This document shows, in pieces, positions 1 to 13,190 of a stretch of DNA of 64,000 nt. The notes under the pieces are model-generated. The model saw nothing but the letters and a program-made list of their open reading frames with translations, made no database searches and had not been told where the DNA came from. Position numbers and translations under genes: made by a program. Location: NCBI GenBank assembly GCA_951804945.1, contig OX638165.1:13950001-14014000 (forward strand), in the 5' to 3' direction. Origin of the DNA: Podarcis cretensis. Its lineage: Eukaryota. Positions within the stretch are counted from its first letter, which is position 1. Each line of letters begins with the position of its first letter.

Positions 1-130
1 TTATCATTTTTCTTCCACTGCTCATATCTCGAATCCTGCCAGCGATTTCATTTGACTCTGCTCTTCTTCTATAAAAAGTTTATCATTTGGGTCTCCTGGT
101 TTTGCTGTCAGCTTTGCCGTTTCTACATAA

Positions 131-488
131 AGGTAAAGGGTAAAGAGGACCCCTGACCATTAGGTCCAGTCGTGGCCAACTCTGGGGTTGCGACGCTCAT
201 CTCGCTTTATTGGCCGAGGGAGCCGGCGTACAGCTTCTGGGTCATGTGGCCAGCATGACTAAGCCACTTCTTGCGAACCAGAGCAGCACACAGAAACACT
301 GTTTATCTTCCCGCCAGAGTGGTACCTATTTATCTACTTGCACTTTGAGGTGCTTTCGAACTGCTAGGTTGGCAGGAGCAGGGACTGAGCAACAGGAGCT
401 CACCCCATCACGGGGATTCGAACCGCCGACCTTCTGATCAGCAAGTCCTAGGCTCTGTGGTTTAACCCACAGGACCACTGGCATCCCC
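131..488 (-). mobile_element. Sauria SINE, near full length
   Basis: On the minus strand: tRNA-like head (GGTTCGAATCC B box, seen as GGATTCGAACC on +), typical Sauria body and (ACCTTT)n-type tail read as AAAGGT on +. Highly similar to the copy at 3673-4020. Confidence 0.85.
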
Positions 489-744
489 CATTTCCACATA
501 GTCCGTTGCTTTTGAAAGCCGTTCCGCCTTCATTTGAACCTTCTCTTTTTTCCATTTCTGTGCAGTTGGCTGCTTTCTTCACACACACAGAGACTCCTTC
601 CATTCAAGCAAGCAAGTGGCATGATGCGAGGTTTAAGGATGCATTGCAGCCAGGCAGAAACATTCCAGGAAGGTGCAGATTATGTATAATATCCCATGAA
701 CGCAAGTCTCCAGCACTTACTGGCTCTGTAAATCTGCTTGGAGA

Positions 745-860
745 AGAGAGCAAGCTGTGGCATAGTGGTTCACTGGCTGAACTAGGACTTGGGGGACCAG
801 GGCTCAAATCTCCACTCAGCCCTCAAGCGCCTTGAGTGACTCTTTCTCTTTGTGAGGAGG
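745..860 (+). mobile_element. MIR/Squam3-like SINE fragment (related copies near 12760-12930, 15000-15210, 23090-23460, 26510-26725)
   Basis: GAGAGCAAGCTGTGGCATAGTGGTT...GGCTCAAATCTCCACTCAGCC head. Other copies carry the CCTACCTCACAGGGTTGTTGTGAGGATAAA core. Confidence 0.6.
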
Positions 861-988
861 GGGAGAAGCACACACTTCCTGGGATATGAACGCAAATGTA
901 AAAATAATTTGGGGGTCACAAAAGGGATGCGTTCAGAACTGAAGCTATGTTGGCAGGCGTAAAACATCAGAGCGATGTCAGAATATAA

Positions 989-1480
989 TTGTTTAGTCAT
1001 TTAGTCGTGTCCGACTCTTCATGACCCCATGGACCAGAGCACGCCAGGTACTCCTGTCTTCCACTGCCTCCCACAGTTTGGTCAAATTCATGTTGATAGC
1101 TTCGAGAACACTGTCCAACCATCTCATCCTCTGTCGTCCCCTTCTTCTTGTGCCCTCCATCTTTCCCAACATCAGGGTCTTTTCCAGGGAGTCTTTTCTT
1201 CTCATGAGGTGGCCAAAGTATTGAAGCCTCAGCTTCAGGATCTGTCCTTCCAGTGAGCACTCAGGGCTGATTTCCTTCAGAATGGATAGGTTTGATCTTC
1301 TTGCAGTCCATGGGACTCTCAAGAGTCTCCTCCAGCACCATAATTCAAAAGCATCAATTCTTTGGTGATCAGCCTTCTTTATGGTCCAGCTGTCACTTCC
1401 ATACATCACTACTGGGAAAACCATAGCTTTAACTATAAGGACCTTTGTTGGCAGGGTGATGTCTCTGCTTTCTGCTTTTT
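989..1480 (-). mobile_element. RTE-BovB LINE, 5'-truncated 3' fragment
   Basis: ORF 993-1424 (VFPVVMYGSDSWTIKKA...IDAFELWCWRRLLRVPWTARRSN...LRLQYFGHLMRR...LEKTLMLGK) is the characteristic C-terminus of the BovB ORF. Confidence 0.93.
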
Positions 1481-1547
1481 AAGATGCTGCAGAATATACC
1501 GTAATAGCGAGTGTTATAAGAAAAAACTGCTCCTTTATCCCTTATGG

Positions 1548-1775
1548 CAGGGGTCAGCAAACTTTTTCAGCAGGGGGCTGGTCCACTGTCCCTCACACCT
1601 TGGGGGAAAAAATGAACTAATTCCTATGCCCCACAAATAACCCAGAGATGCATTTTAAATAAAAGGACACATTCTACTCATATAAAAACACGCTGATTCC
1701 TGGACCATCCATGGGCCGGATTTAGAAGGTGATTGGGTCAGATCCGGCCCCCGGGCCTTAGTTTGCCTACCCCTG
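1548..1775. mobile_element. hAT (Charlie-like) non-autonomous DNA transposon / MITE
   Basis: Imperfect TIRs CAGGGGTCAGCAAAC ... GTTTGCCTACCCCTG, with an exact 8-bp TSD CCTTATGG at 1540-1547 and 1776-1783. Confidence 0.88.
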
Positions 1776-1811
1776 CCTTATGGGTATCCAAGAGGCCGTA
1801 TAGAGCCCTTA

Positions 1812-2539
1812 TGTAGGTTCTCTATCAGTGGGAGAAAATAACAGAGGCCAGCCAGAGAATATTGAGAAACAAAGGCTACTAAGCATGATCTTTATTAAAC
1901 TGTTGCAACAGGGTCCCCCACTCCCCCCACACAGGGAGGGAGGAGAGGAACCCAGAATAATTGTGTGCAAGCTCTTCATATCTGAAGTGTGCATGCACAC
2001 AAAAGCTTATACCCAGAACAAATTTAGTTCGTCTCTAAGGTGCTACTGGACATTTTTTTTTACTTTTTATTTATTTATTTCGACTGCGTCAGACCGACAT
2101 GGCTACCTACCTGAATCAAACCTCTCATACAGTATAGACATTTGAAAATTGCCTCCCCTGTAGCTCAAGACCACCCCCCAAAACATCATACATACATCAC
2201 TGAAGGGGCGGTCTACAGCAGAAAACCTGTCTGCCAGGATACCTGATAATGGTCATGGATTGCTTTTACCTGGGCATCCTGGCCATCCTTTTGTGATGGT
2301 AAATACTCAGTTCCTGAATCCAGGTCACAGGCTCACCCTATTCATTTGCCCTTAAGACAGGATTTGTGAGCAAAGAGACAATGAGGAGGCTTTCCCATTT
2401 CCTTCCTCCTTGCAGAGAAACATTTGAGGTCAGTTTGGGAGAGCCAAAATGGTTTCAGGATTGCTCTCCTGTACTATTTCAGACCCATAGTTTATATACT
2501 TATGTATGTGTTTGCCTTGCAAATTTGCGAACATATGAG

Positions 2540-2629
<90 letters not shown>

Positions 2630-2648
2630 CCTTAGAATTCCTATAACA
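1812..2648 (-). mobile_element. possible solo LTR (boundaries uncertain)
   Basis: TG...CA bounded segment with a minus-strand AATAAA near 1890. No convincing TSD found. Confidence 0.3.
2541..2625. repeat. compound (TG)n(TA)n microsatellite
   Basis: Directly visible; flanked on both sides by TATGAGA. Confidence 0.95.
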
Positions 2649-2922
2649 CAAGCGTGAGCAAAAGGTTGGTGGTGCCATAACTATAACCAGCCTCAACTTG
2701 GCTGAACAACCCAGGGCACAGTATAGATTTTCCTCTTAGGCCTAGTCAGCTGCAGGGCGATCGGTGGCGTCAGACATCGACCGAGCCTATTGAGCCTGAT
2801 ACAACAAACCTTCTGATTCCCCTCCCTGCAGTGGCCTGAGACACGGTAAATGTTATAGAGAGAAAGACGACTATGTCAGCATATTGCATACCCTCCAACA
2901 TTTATCCAATGAAAACAGGGAC

Positions 2923-2924
<2 letters not shown>

Positions 2925-2957
<33 letters not shown>

Positions 2958-3095
2958 TTGTGCACCATCCATCGGACTGGATTGCCCCAGCCACTCTGAG
3001 CAGCTTCCAACATATATCAAAACATAATAAAACATTAAACATCTGAAGGGCTGCCTTCAGATATCTTCTAAAGGTTGTATAGTTACTTATCTCCT
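2925..3095 (-). mobile_element. L2-clade LINE 3' end with (TAA)n tail (similar ends near 6085-6190, 10225-10470, 11490-11657)
   Basis: CCCCAGCCACTCTG.GC.GCTTCCAACA...GGGCTGCCTTCAG motif shared with the longer L2 fragments at 8783-9130 and 30520-30985. Confidence 0.65.
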
Positions 3096-3289
3096 TGGCT
3101 CCATACCCTCCAACATTTCTTTGATAAAAATAGGGATGTCCTAAGGAAAAGTGGGACACTCCGGGATTGAATCAGAAACCGGGACGGCTTCTGTAAATCT
3201 GGGACTGTCCCTGGAAAATAGGGACACTTGGAGAGCTTGATATTTTTTTTGTGTGTTTGTGTGTCTTTCTTTTTACTTCCCACCCTGTT

Positions 3290-3500
3290 TTCCAAGGTGT
3301 TAATTCAAATGCTGCTTGTGAGTTCATCATACTGTAGCATTTCCTTAAGTAGTCCGAAAAGGGCTTCCATTCTTCCACAAAACAGTCATTGTTAGGTTCT
3401 CTTATTTTAGCTGTTAACTTTGCCATTCCAACATAGTCCTTACTTATCCATCCTTCTGTAAGTGGGAACGTCTTCTTCCTTCCATTTTTGTGCATAAAGA
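3290..3500 (-). mobile_element. L1-like LINE ORF2 C-terminal remnant
   Basis: Translation W..K.Y..MAKLTAKIR....F..EW..F..YL resembles the end of reptile L1 ORF2 (recognised from memory). Confidence 0.5.
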
Positions 3501-3672
3501 ATCCTAGCTGCTGTTGTTACATACACAGACAGCATGTGTATCTCTGTATATATCAGGACTTAGCAGTACAGACAACCACAGTTTGAATTTTACTCTTCTG
3601 CCTTGGCATAAGGAAGTGACAACATGGTTTTGTTTCTAGGGTGTTGTTTTTTAAAAGAAGGGGACTCAGCTA

Positions 3673-4020
3673 GTAAAAGGTAAAGGGACCCTTGACCATT
3701 AGGTCCAGTCATGACCGACTCTGGGGTTGCGGTGCTCATCTCGCTTTATTGGCCAAGGGAGCCGGCGTACAGCTTCCAGGTCATGTGGCCAGCATGACTA
3801 AGTCGCTTCTGGTGAACCAGACCAGCGCACGGAAATGCCGTTTACCTTCCCACCAGAGCGTTACCTATTTATCTACTTGCACTTTGACGTGCTTTCAAAC
3901 TGCTAGGTTGGCAGGAGCAGGGACCGAGCAATGGGAGCTCACCCCGTTGCGGGGATTCGAACCGCTGAACTTCTGATTGGCAAGTCCTAGGCTCTGTGGT
4001 TTAACCCACAGCACCACCCA
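3673..4020 (-). mobile_element. Sauria SINE (subfamily A)
   Basis: Near-identical organisation to 131-488. Confidence 0.85.
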
Positions 4021-4032
4021 GGGACTCAACTA

Positions 4033-4324
4033 AAGAAGGTAAAGGTAAAGGTACCCCTGCCCGTACGGGCCAGTCTTGACAGACTCTGGGGTTGTGCGCC
4101 CATCTCACTTAAGAGGCCAGGGGCCAGCGCTGTCCGGAGACACTTCCGGGTCATGTGGCCAGCGTGACAAAGCTGCATCTGGCGAGCCAGAGCCACACAC
4201 GGAAACGCCGTTTACCTTCCCGCTGGTAAGCGGTCCCTATTTATCTACTTGCACCCGGAGGTGCTTTCGAACTGCTAGGTTGGCAGGCGCTGGGACCGAA
4301 TGACGGGAGCGCACCCCGCCGCAG
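4033..4324 (-). mobile_element. Sauria SINE (subfamily B), 5'-truncated, with 14-bp TSD
   Basis: Almost identical to 54566-54857. Flanked by CAGGGACTCAACTA at 4019-4032 and 4322-4335. Confidence 0.85.
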
Positions 4325-4493
4325 GGACTCAACTACACAGCTGCAAATAAAGCGTTTTAAATGTGTTGTAAAGCGCAACATACAAATGTGACACTAGGTG
4401 GCGACAGTGAGCTATGCAAAATTCAATGTATTTTTCAAAACTTTTCTTTAAAGCATTTTCACAGCGTTTTTTTATATGTGTGTAGATCCCACC
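4324..4493 (+). mobile_element. Harbinger-like MITE containing a CTCF-like motif
   Basis: Inverted homologue at 53456-53624; GG..CTACAC/GTGTAG..CC-type ends; internal GACACTAGGTGGCGAC. Confidence 0.55.
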
Positions 4494-4904
4494 ATGGATT
4501 CCCCCAGAACCTGAGCTGCACAAATGCAGGTGTTAAAAATGTCAGAGTCAGTTTTCATTGCAGCTTTCAACATGAGGACTAGAATCTTACTTTAGTTTTA
4601 AATGAAGGACTGTAGCTCAGTAGCAAAGCACCTGTTCAGTGGCATCTACAGTTGGGGCCAGGAAAGAACCCCCCGCCTGCCCAAAACTCTGGAGAGCTGA
4701 TGCCAGTACATGTGCCCATTCCTGAGCTGGAAAGACTGACTCAGTATAAGGCAGCTTCCAATGTTCCTAAAACCAAAAAAAGGGTCGTATACCTGCCTGG
4801 TTCAAGCCCCTTCCAGCCACCTCCTTCCTACTGAGCTGGGTCATGTATCTTACTTTACAGAAGACAGTCCTTCTCTACCTAAAGACGTCATCTGCTTGAA
4901 AAGC

Positions 4905-5060
4905 TGGCAAGATGGCTCGTGATGGAGAGCTCAGTCAATGAAGCCTGAGACTCCATCTTAAGGTCATGGATTCGAGTCCCATGTTGGGGAAAAGATTCCT
5001 GCATTGCTGGGCGTTGGAGTAGATGACCCTGGGGGTCTCTTTCAACTCTACAATTCTATT
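4905..5060 (+). mobile_element. tRNA-Lys-like SINE with CR1-type 3' end (other copies about 18636-18780 -, 27560-27682 +, 39795-39920 -, 40225-40355 +, 63670-63808 -)
   Basis: GACTC(TT)AATCT..GGGTC.TGGGTTCGAG.CCCAC.TTGGGC head, followed by AAAAGATTCCTGCATTGCAGGGGGTTGGACTAGATGACCC and an (ATTCTAT)-type tail. Confidence 0.7.
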
Positions 5061-6580
5061 ATTTACGTTTAGAAGGGGTGTTGGTGTTGAAATCATCCAT
5101 CCGCCATGAGTTTTTATTTCTAAACCTGCAGCTCCATATGTTGAATTAGTAAAGGCAGATTTTGTGCAGCTCTTGATCTCATCTTTCTAGGTATCTCTCT
5201 CTCTCCTCCCCGCTGAAATCTTAAGCTGACTGCCAGGGTTCGTTTTTTGCCAGCTTCCTGTTGTGCTCCACTTGCTTCTGTACCGATTGCCTGTTTTGTT
5301 CATGCCCGTCAACATTACTCAGATGAAAAACTGGGTCGCTTCCCGGCTCGAGTGTTTTTAAATATATTTATATATATACCCCTCTTGCAGGAAGCGTTGC
5401 TGCCTTGGCGCCTTCCTGCCTCCCATCTGCAGACTGACATATGGCAGGGAAAGAGTTGGGGGGAGGCTGGTCCAGGAGGACAAATGGGGTGCTGCCCCAC
5501 CAACCTCAATCTACCCTCAGCCAGACCCCTCTTTCACATCTTCTTACTCAACAACTCAACACATGCTGCCATCTTCCTGCCCCTTAGACTCAGTGCTGCA
5601 CTGAGAACCCATTAAAATCGGTTGACTTGAAAGCTAATCGTGGCTATAGATTTCAATGGATCTTCTCTGAGTAGGACTAATTTTATGCAAGCTCAGAGCC
5701 TCCAAGGATCCCTCTTTTCCAGGGACAGTCCCAGATTTACAGAAGCCACCTTGGTTTCTCATTTGATCCCAGAATGTCACGCTGTTCCTTAGGACATCCC
5801 TATTTTCATCGAAAATATATTAGAAGGCAATGTGACCACTGAACCAAGGAGATATGCAGTGCTTTTTTCTGTGGGGATGCATACCCCTAAACATTTTGTG
5901 AATCGGTATACTTTTGTCCATTTACTGTATTTATTTTTCCCGATTTGAACTATAAAATGGTGATTTTCTTGAGTCAAAATGAGAGCTCCCCTAAACATTT
6001 TTTAAAGAAAAAAAAAAAAGCACCAAGTACCGGTAACTATACAACGTTTAGAAGACATGTGAAGTTTAGGGAAGGTTGCTTTTTAAAAAACTTTTAATGT
6101 TTTATTATGTTTTTGTATCTGTTGGAAGCCGCTGAGAGTGGCTGGGGCAACCCGGTCGAATGAGCGGGGTATAAATAATAAAATTATGATGATGATGGGG
6201 ATGTTGCTGCTGCTGGAATAGGATGTCCCTATTTTCATCGGAGAAATTTTTTGGGTACGCAAGCTAAAGGAATTGAACAAGGATGGGGCCACACATGCCT
6301 TCCTTAGCAGGAAATAAATCAGATTATTTCAGGTGTTTTGGAGACTGAGAAAGGAGGCAATGGGGTGATTTGACAACTTGTAGTAACTCAGAGCAGGGCT
6401 TTTTGTGTGGCTGCCTCTGTTCTGTGGGAGACGTCTCCTAGGACAGGTGGCCTATGGCCTGCGCTTTCCAGAAACACCTGAAGACATTTGGGTTAAGACA
6501 GGCTTTCCTAGCTGAGTGAATGGGTCTCTGCCATGGGTGTATATTCTGCCTTGTTGTGTTGTGTTTCTTTTAAAGGAATA

Positions 6581-6814
6581 CAGTGGTACCTCGGGTTGCA
6601 GATGCTTCAGGTTACAGACGCTTCAGGTTACAGACTCCGCTAACCCAGAAATAGTACCTCGGGTTAAGAACTTTGCTGCAGGATGAGAACAGAAATTGCG
6701 TGGCGGCGGCAGCGGGAAGCCCCATTAGCTAAAGTGGTATCTCAGGTTGAGAACAGTTTCAGGTTAAGAACGGACCTCCGGAACGAATTAAGTTCTTAAT
6801 CCGAGGTATCACTG
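6581..6814. mobile_element. Tc1/mariner (Tigger-like) MITE
   Basis: TIR CAGTGGTACCTCGG...CCGAGGTA(T/C)CACTG with TA TSD; same family as 22610, 28538, 51610 and 57625. Confidence 0.85.
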
Positions 6815-8782
6815 TATCTGGTGTGTGTGTATGTTTAGCTGCTTTTTGCTGTTTTTACATCGCCTTGAGATGTGTAAGGCGACTGAGGAAGCTTTTAAAA
6901 AAATCACAATGAAACAAATGAAACAAAGCAGCTCCATAATAGTCCCCAACCACCCAATTTTCAAAAGTAAAATGTAATAAATCATCTTCATCTTAATAGT
7001 CATAATGATGATGATTCCTAAGGATTCCCCAGCACTATTTAACAAAAATCTATAATCTATCTGCCGCTCCATTGCGGTTAACAATGAAACAAGCAGAGAG
7101 CTCTTATTTGCTAGACACACACACACACCACCCTCCTTTTACCCTTCTGCCCAATTAAAATAAATAAATAGGAAGATTTACAATCTGGGGTAAGCGGGAT
7201 GCGTTCTGATTGGCCAGGAGTGACATCATTCCTTGAGTCCCTAGGGAAAATAGGTGGGGCAGCAGAGGGGGTGTGGGTGTGCTCTTTATTGTATATGGCC
7301 ACAAGCTGCCAGCTGGGGTTGGAAGTCTCAAGAGAATAAAAACACACAAACACACCACGGCTGCTTTTAACCCCCCCCCCCCCGGAATAAAGGCTTTGTC
7401 ATCAGACTTTGAGAATGCCAGAATATGGGTTATACAAAATGCACGTGCGACTTTCTCCAGCAAGGCAGGATTTTATAATACGTGGGCAGAATGAAATCTT
7501 CCATTGCTTTGACTTCTTGCTTCATTTACCAAAAAAACAAACAAACATATTGTATATTGATTAAATAAATGTGACGACAACGATTCTAGCTGCACGATGG
7601 TGATCTACTCAATTGCCTATTTAAAGAGAATGGTTTTTACAAGGTGTAGTAGTTTGTTGTGTATATGGAAGAACTTACACAGAGTTGGTGAAATTTAGAG
7701 ATGGAAGACAGTGGGGAGGGGGGAGGCCATGTGAAAACGCACGCGTCCCCACTGTCAGTAATGGGAAGCAAATGTTTACATTGGAACTATTTGGCACAAG
7801 TTGCTGAGATAATCGATTATTAATATAAATGATATTTATATAGATTTTATCAAAGCGTTTGAGTAGGACCATAATTATAGTTTTGTGTTTGAATATACAA
7901 AATTATACACATATTTGGATGAGGTCCCTTTCAGGTGACCTGCTGAAAGAGCGTTCAGCTCAATTTGTTTGCAGAAAGATTAGATGATGTTAGGTATTTA
8001 GTCAGCATTTGGCATGATTGGCTTGCAGGGAGATTAGACTGAGAGTTGTGTCAAGCAAATGCTATCACACTCTCTCTAGCACATCTTCCCATCACTTTCC
8101 TTACTGCAAAAAGTCTAATATTTTTGGGAAAGCGGATTCGTAGCGTAAGAGCTCCAAATCAGCTGTAATTGTGCAGCCTAAATGTGCTGGGATGTATCTG
8201 AGCCAGACTTGCAAAATGGTGACAGTCTGGAAGTGACATTGGTGTACACACACCATTTGCCACCTACACTCATCCTGACCAACGAAAATTTGCACATTAT
8301 CTGTAACCTGCACACCCAACAGCAAACTTGTCTGCCTCATTGCCGTCTTTAAGTCCGGCTTTTCTTTAGTGTAGTGGTTAAAGAGGTCGTTCCCAAATAA
8401 AATCTCACCTGTGCCGCAACCGCAGTCAGTGGGCTAGGTGTCTTAGTCACTACAAGCCCTTCAGCTTAATGAACTGGTTCACATATAATTCTAAGCCATG
8501 GTTAGCTTAGCCAAAGCATGGTTTGCTTGAACATGTGAACCCAGTGCAGCAGACTATCCATGGTCTGTTTTCCACCCACAAACCACAATGGAAAGCCATG
8601 GTTTGTTGTTGGCTTATAAACCACGGCTTGCTTAACAATGGTTTGTTATATCATTTTGTTTTATTTGATTGAATAATAAAACAGACAATACAAGCGACAT
8701 TACAGACATTAACAATAAAAATTATAATATAAGTTAAGTTCCAGTTCAAATAAATTCAGCTTTAGTCTTCTCAGAATAATGA

Positions 8783-9130
8783 TAATTTTATTATTTATAT
8801 GCCACCCATCTAATAACAAAATATTAAAAACACAATAAAACCTCAACCATTAAAAACTTCCCTGTACAGGGCTGCCTTCATATATCTTCTAAAAGGCATG
8901 TAGTTATTTATCTGTTTGACACATACTGGGAGCCAGTGCAGATCCTTTAGGACCGGTGTTATTTGGTCTCAGCTGCTGCTCCCAGTCACTATTCTGGCTG
9001 CTGCATTCTGGATTAGTTGTCATTTCCGAGTCACCTTCAAAGGTGGCCCCACACAGAAGCGCATTGCAGTAGTCCAAGCAGGAGATAAGCAGAGAATGCA
9101 CCACCCTAGCGAGACAATGCGCAGGCAGGC
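8783..9130 (-). mobile_element. L2-clade LINE fragment
   Basis: Translation LLISCLDYCNALLCG (L2 RT C-terminal motif) plus the shared 3' end. Confidence 0.7.
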
Positions 9131-9419
9131 AGGCAGGGTCTCAGCCGTCATACCGGGTGAAACTGGGAGACTGATGCCCTGGACAGAGAATTAACCTGTG
9201 CTTCCATGGCTCGGCAGTGATTTTGCTCCTGCCAGCACACAGTAAACTAGGCCTCCTTGTGAGGACTTTGGAGCAGGTGTTTGCTGTAATTGCACCGAGT
9301 CTGTGTGCTGGGTGAGTCATCACCAGCTAACGCCCTTGTGTTTGGTTCAACCGGCTCATCTGGAACGAGGAAAAATTAAGGCTCAAAATCAACTGCTCCC
9401 ATTTCCTTCGCCTTGAAGC

Positions 9420-9420
<1 letters not shown>

Positions 9421-9501
<81 letters not shown>
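9421..9501. repeat. compound (TC)n(TG)n(AG)n microsatellite
   Basis: Directly visible. Confidence 0.95.
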
Positions 9502-11615
9502 GCTGTGTTCACCTATCATAGTAACCCAGCTGTAGGGAACCTCAGGTCTACAAGCCAATTGTGGCTCTCCAGACTTCGCTAAATGGCCCTCATAGCTCTC
9601 CCCACCCACACCCTTCCCTGGCTCTACTTTGTGTGCTTCTGGCTGGCTGGGATGAGTCCTTGAACTCCGAATAATGCCTCCTTTGCCCGGATGGAAGTTA
9701 AGAGAGCAGCAGGGCTGGCCCAAGACATTTTGGCCCATGAGGCAGACCCCAAAATGGCACCCCACCCCGGCCAGGGAAGAAGGGGTGAGGGACGATCTAC
9801 ATCAGGGACAAGGGGTGTGGGGAGAGAAAGATCAACATTGGGGTCTGCTGCCACAGTGAATCCTGCCACCTGAGGCATTCTCCTCACCTTGGCTCATGGA
9901 GCAAGCAGGAACAGCAAACCATGGCTTGGTGTTCTGTCTAAACCAGAAACGGTTTTGTTTCACTCAAAACAGGTAATTCTATGATAAAGTTCATGGGTTG
10001 GCTTGAGTGAAAAAGCCACAATCCCTGGTTCAGTTTGTAGTGCTTATCTAGAGAAGCAGAAGTGATTAACTATGGTTTGCCGCTGAATGTGGGCTGAATG
10101 TGGCTCTCAAAGTGTCTCTGTTTGGCCCTCAGAACTCTTCCAAGGCAACACCCTTGCTTCACACCCTGGTTGTAATATGGAATACCGAGGGCCTTCTCGG
10201 TAGTGGAAGAAGAAGAAAATAAACAACTATCTGACTTTTAGAAGACATCTGAAGGCAGCCCTGTTTAGGGAAGTTTTTAATGTTTGATGTTTTATTGTGT
10301 TTTTAATATTCTTTTGGGAGCTGTCCAGAGTGGCTGGGGAAACTCAGCCAGATGGGTGGGGTTAATAATAATAATATACCTCACCTATCTGGCTGGGTTT
10401 CCCCAGCCACTCTGAGCGGCTTCCAGGCAAATATTAACATACAATAAATTATGATGATGATGATGATGTCCTTGAACTCTGAAAATGCCTTCTGACTGTT
10501 TTGATGGTTGATAGAGGGTTTGTGGGTAAGTTTGGGTCTGTAAAATCCACTCTACTATAAGGTAATTTTAATTTTTTTATTTAATCCATTATTATTGGTA
10601 GTAGTGGTAGTATTTACCCATCCTTCACCCTATGGTCCCAGAGCAGGTTACACCCATTAAAACAGTGATTGACATGTTGCTCTGCCTACCACTGCCTGTG
10701 GCCCTCAGAAGGTTGCCCAAGAGGGTTAACTAGATTAACTCGTTCATGATTATGTGCAGACTAGGGCAGATAGATGTGGACAGAGCCCTAAAATCTGGGA
10801 CTATCATAGTCCAATACAGCCTTTGCTGACTTGGTGCCCTTTTGAACTACAACTCCCATGAGCTCCAGCCGGCACATGGGAACTGTAGTCCAAAACACTA
10901 GGAGGGCGCCGGGTTGGCAAAGGCTGCCCCTGCGTATCTGACTCATGCTGAGGCTGGGCTGGGATTTGCCGGTGACTTGTCAGCGTGGGAAAAGGGATCC
11001 AGGCTGGATTTTCCCTTCGCCCACACAAGGAAGGTTGCCTGGCTGTTGATGATAATCCGGCAGCTGGGACAGCGGGCAGCGATGCAGCAGTGAGCAAGAG
11101 GGGATTTTGCGTGTGTCAAACAAAAGAAAACACACCCCTAGGTGATAGCGGGGAGAGTATGAGTAAGGAAGGGGGGAAGAGAGCGTTGCAGAGGCAAATT
11201 TCCACACTAGAGATGATTAGGAAAGAGATCAAAGAGAAAGACTGAATATATTGCTGTGCTCTTCAGCAAATCTGAGCTGCATCCCGGCTGAAATGCTGCC
11301 TGCAGTTCTGGGTCCTTGCATCTCACAAGAGATAAAACAGGGAAAGGGGTAGAGTAAAAGGACCCAGGGGCTGGAGCCAGTCTCCATCTGAAGGTGGAAG
11401 AAAGGAGCCTGCAAAGTTCACTTGGGGTTTTCGACAGGGAGGGAGACACTGTCATTGTCTTTTTTTACAGGTAGAATCGCAGTTGGAAGGTACTGAAGGC
11501 AGCCCTGTTTAGGGAAGCTTGTAATGTTTGATGCATTACTGTATTTTAATGTTTTGTTGGAAGCCGCCGAGAGTGGCTGGGGAAGCCCAGCCAGATGGGT
11601 GGAGTATAAATAATA

Positions 11616-11657
<42 letters not shown>

Positions 11658-12618
11658 TACTCCAAGGTCATCTACCCAACCCACTGAGATGCAGGAATCA
11701 CTGCTAAATAATCCCTGACACTTGCCCCCCCAAACCCCTCTGTTTAAAAGCCTCCACTGAAGGAGAGCCCACCCGCTTCTGAGGTGCTTTGTTCCACTGT
11801 TGAACAGCTCTGAGCACCAGAAACTGCTTCCTGATGTTTAGTCAGTATCTCCTCTCTTGTCATTTGAATCCGCTGAACCCAAACAGACCTTGGTGATTAA
11901 TCACTTGCTATTCAGTTTATATCCAGCCCAGAAACTCAGGAAGTGCTGTATGCAGTTCCACACGGGCCAAATTCGGCAGGTGGGTGGGGCCATCCAACCT
12001 GTCAATCACCTCACATCGCAATGACATGCAGTGAGAAATGTTTTGCCTGCCCAGTCAGCTGATCCTCGGAGGCCTACACAGCGCCATTGGGGGGGGGGAT
12101 TGCGCAGGAATTTTCAAGGAGCAGCAATCAGCTGATTGGGGGCAGCTGCAAACCCTCTTTCTATCAGCCATATATTTACCTGCCCCACATCTGATGCCAT
12201 CTGCAATGTCAGGCATAGGAACCAACTCCTAGGGGCCGAGCTCCCTTTGGCTTCCGCCAATAAAATGTTTGAGGGGGCTGGGACCCCCCCCCCAATTTGA
12301 TGGGCATTGCCTGGGACCCCTGATGTCAAGTGCTGGGCAGGATGGGAAAGGTTTGGTCAAAGCGGCCTTCCAGCCTCCTTCCCCTCCATGGGATGAAGAG
12401 GAGAAGGAGCCACAGCCATTGAGACTCAGCTCCGTCCCTGGCCTCCTTTGGGGGTGAGGGGGCAAAGGACTCAGGCCTTAGGAAATGGTACCCCTGCTTG
12501 CAGGCCATGCTAGAAAACATTCCGGGCCTGGACTGCCCCTCAGCCCTGACTTTTTATTCAGTCTTGACTACAGACTATGTTGCTGTATACTGCTCTGATA
12601 TTATGTGAGAGGATGGTA

Positions 12619-12661
<43 letters not shown>

Positions 12662-12934
12662 CGGTTCATCAGAGAAATTCAGGGCAGTTCACAAGATAAA
12701 AAATGCAAGATATAAATACTTTTATAAATCAAAACATATTCATGACATTAATTGATTACATTTTTAGCCCACTTTTCCTTCAAGGAGCTCAGAGCAGCCT
12801 ATGTCGTCCCCCCGCTCCGCATTTTATGCACACAAGAACACTGTGAGGTAGGTTAGGCTGAGCCTCATGACTTTGAACCCTGGTCTCCCAGGCCCCAGTC
12901 CAACTCTCTAACCATTACACCACAGCTGTCTCAT

Positions 12935-13190
12935 GTGAATGGCATGTGGAGAGGGGATTTCCTTCCTCTCTTCTATAATACTAGGCCTCAAGTTCACAAA
13001 TGGACTGGCAGTAAGTTCAGGACAGACCAGAGGAACAACTTCTTGACACAACACATAATTTACCGTACTTATTTGTCACTACAGGATGAGGTGATGAGAG
13101 CTACAACTGACCTCAAATGTGGATTGGACACATTCATGGAGTGCAGAGGGAAGTCAATGGCCACTAGCCATAGTGGTTATGTGGAGCAGC
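12935..13190 (+). mobile_element. CR1 LINE 3' fragment (another at about 53350-53760)
   Basis: CTCTTCTATAATACTAGG...AAGTTCAGGACAGACCAGAGGAACAACTTCTTGACACAAC...GGATTGGACACATTCATGGAG, typical of the CR1 3' end. Confidence 0.65.
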
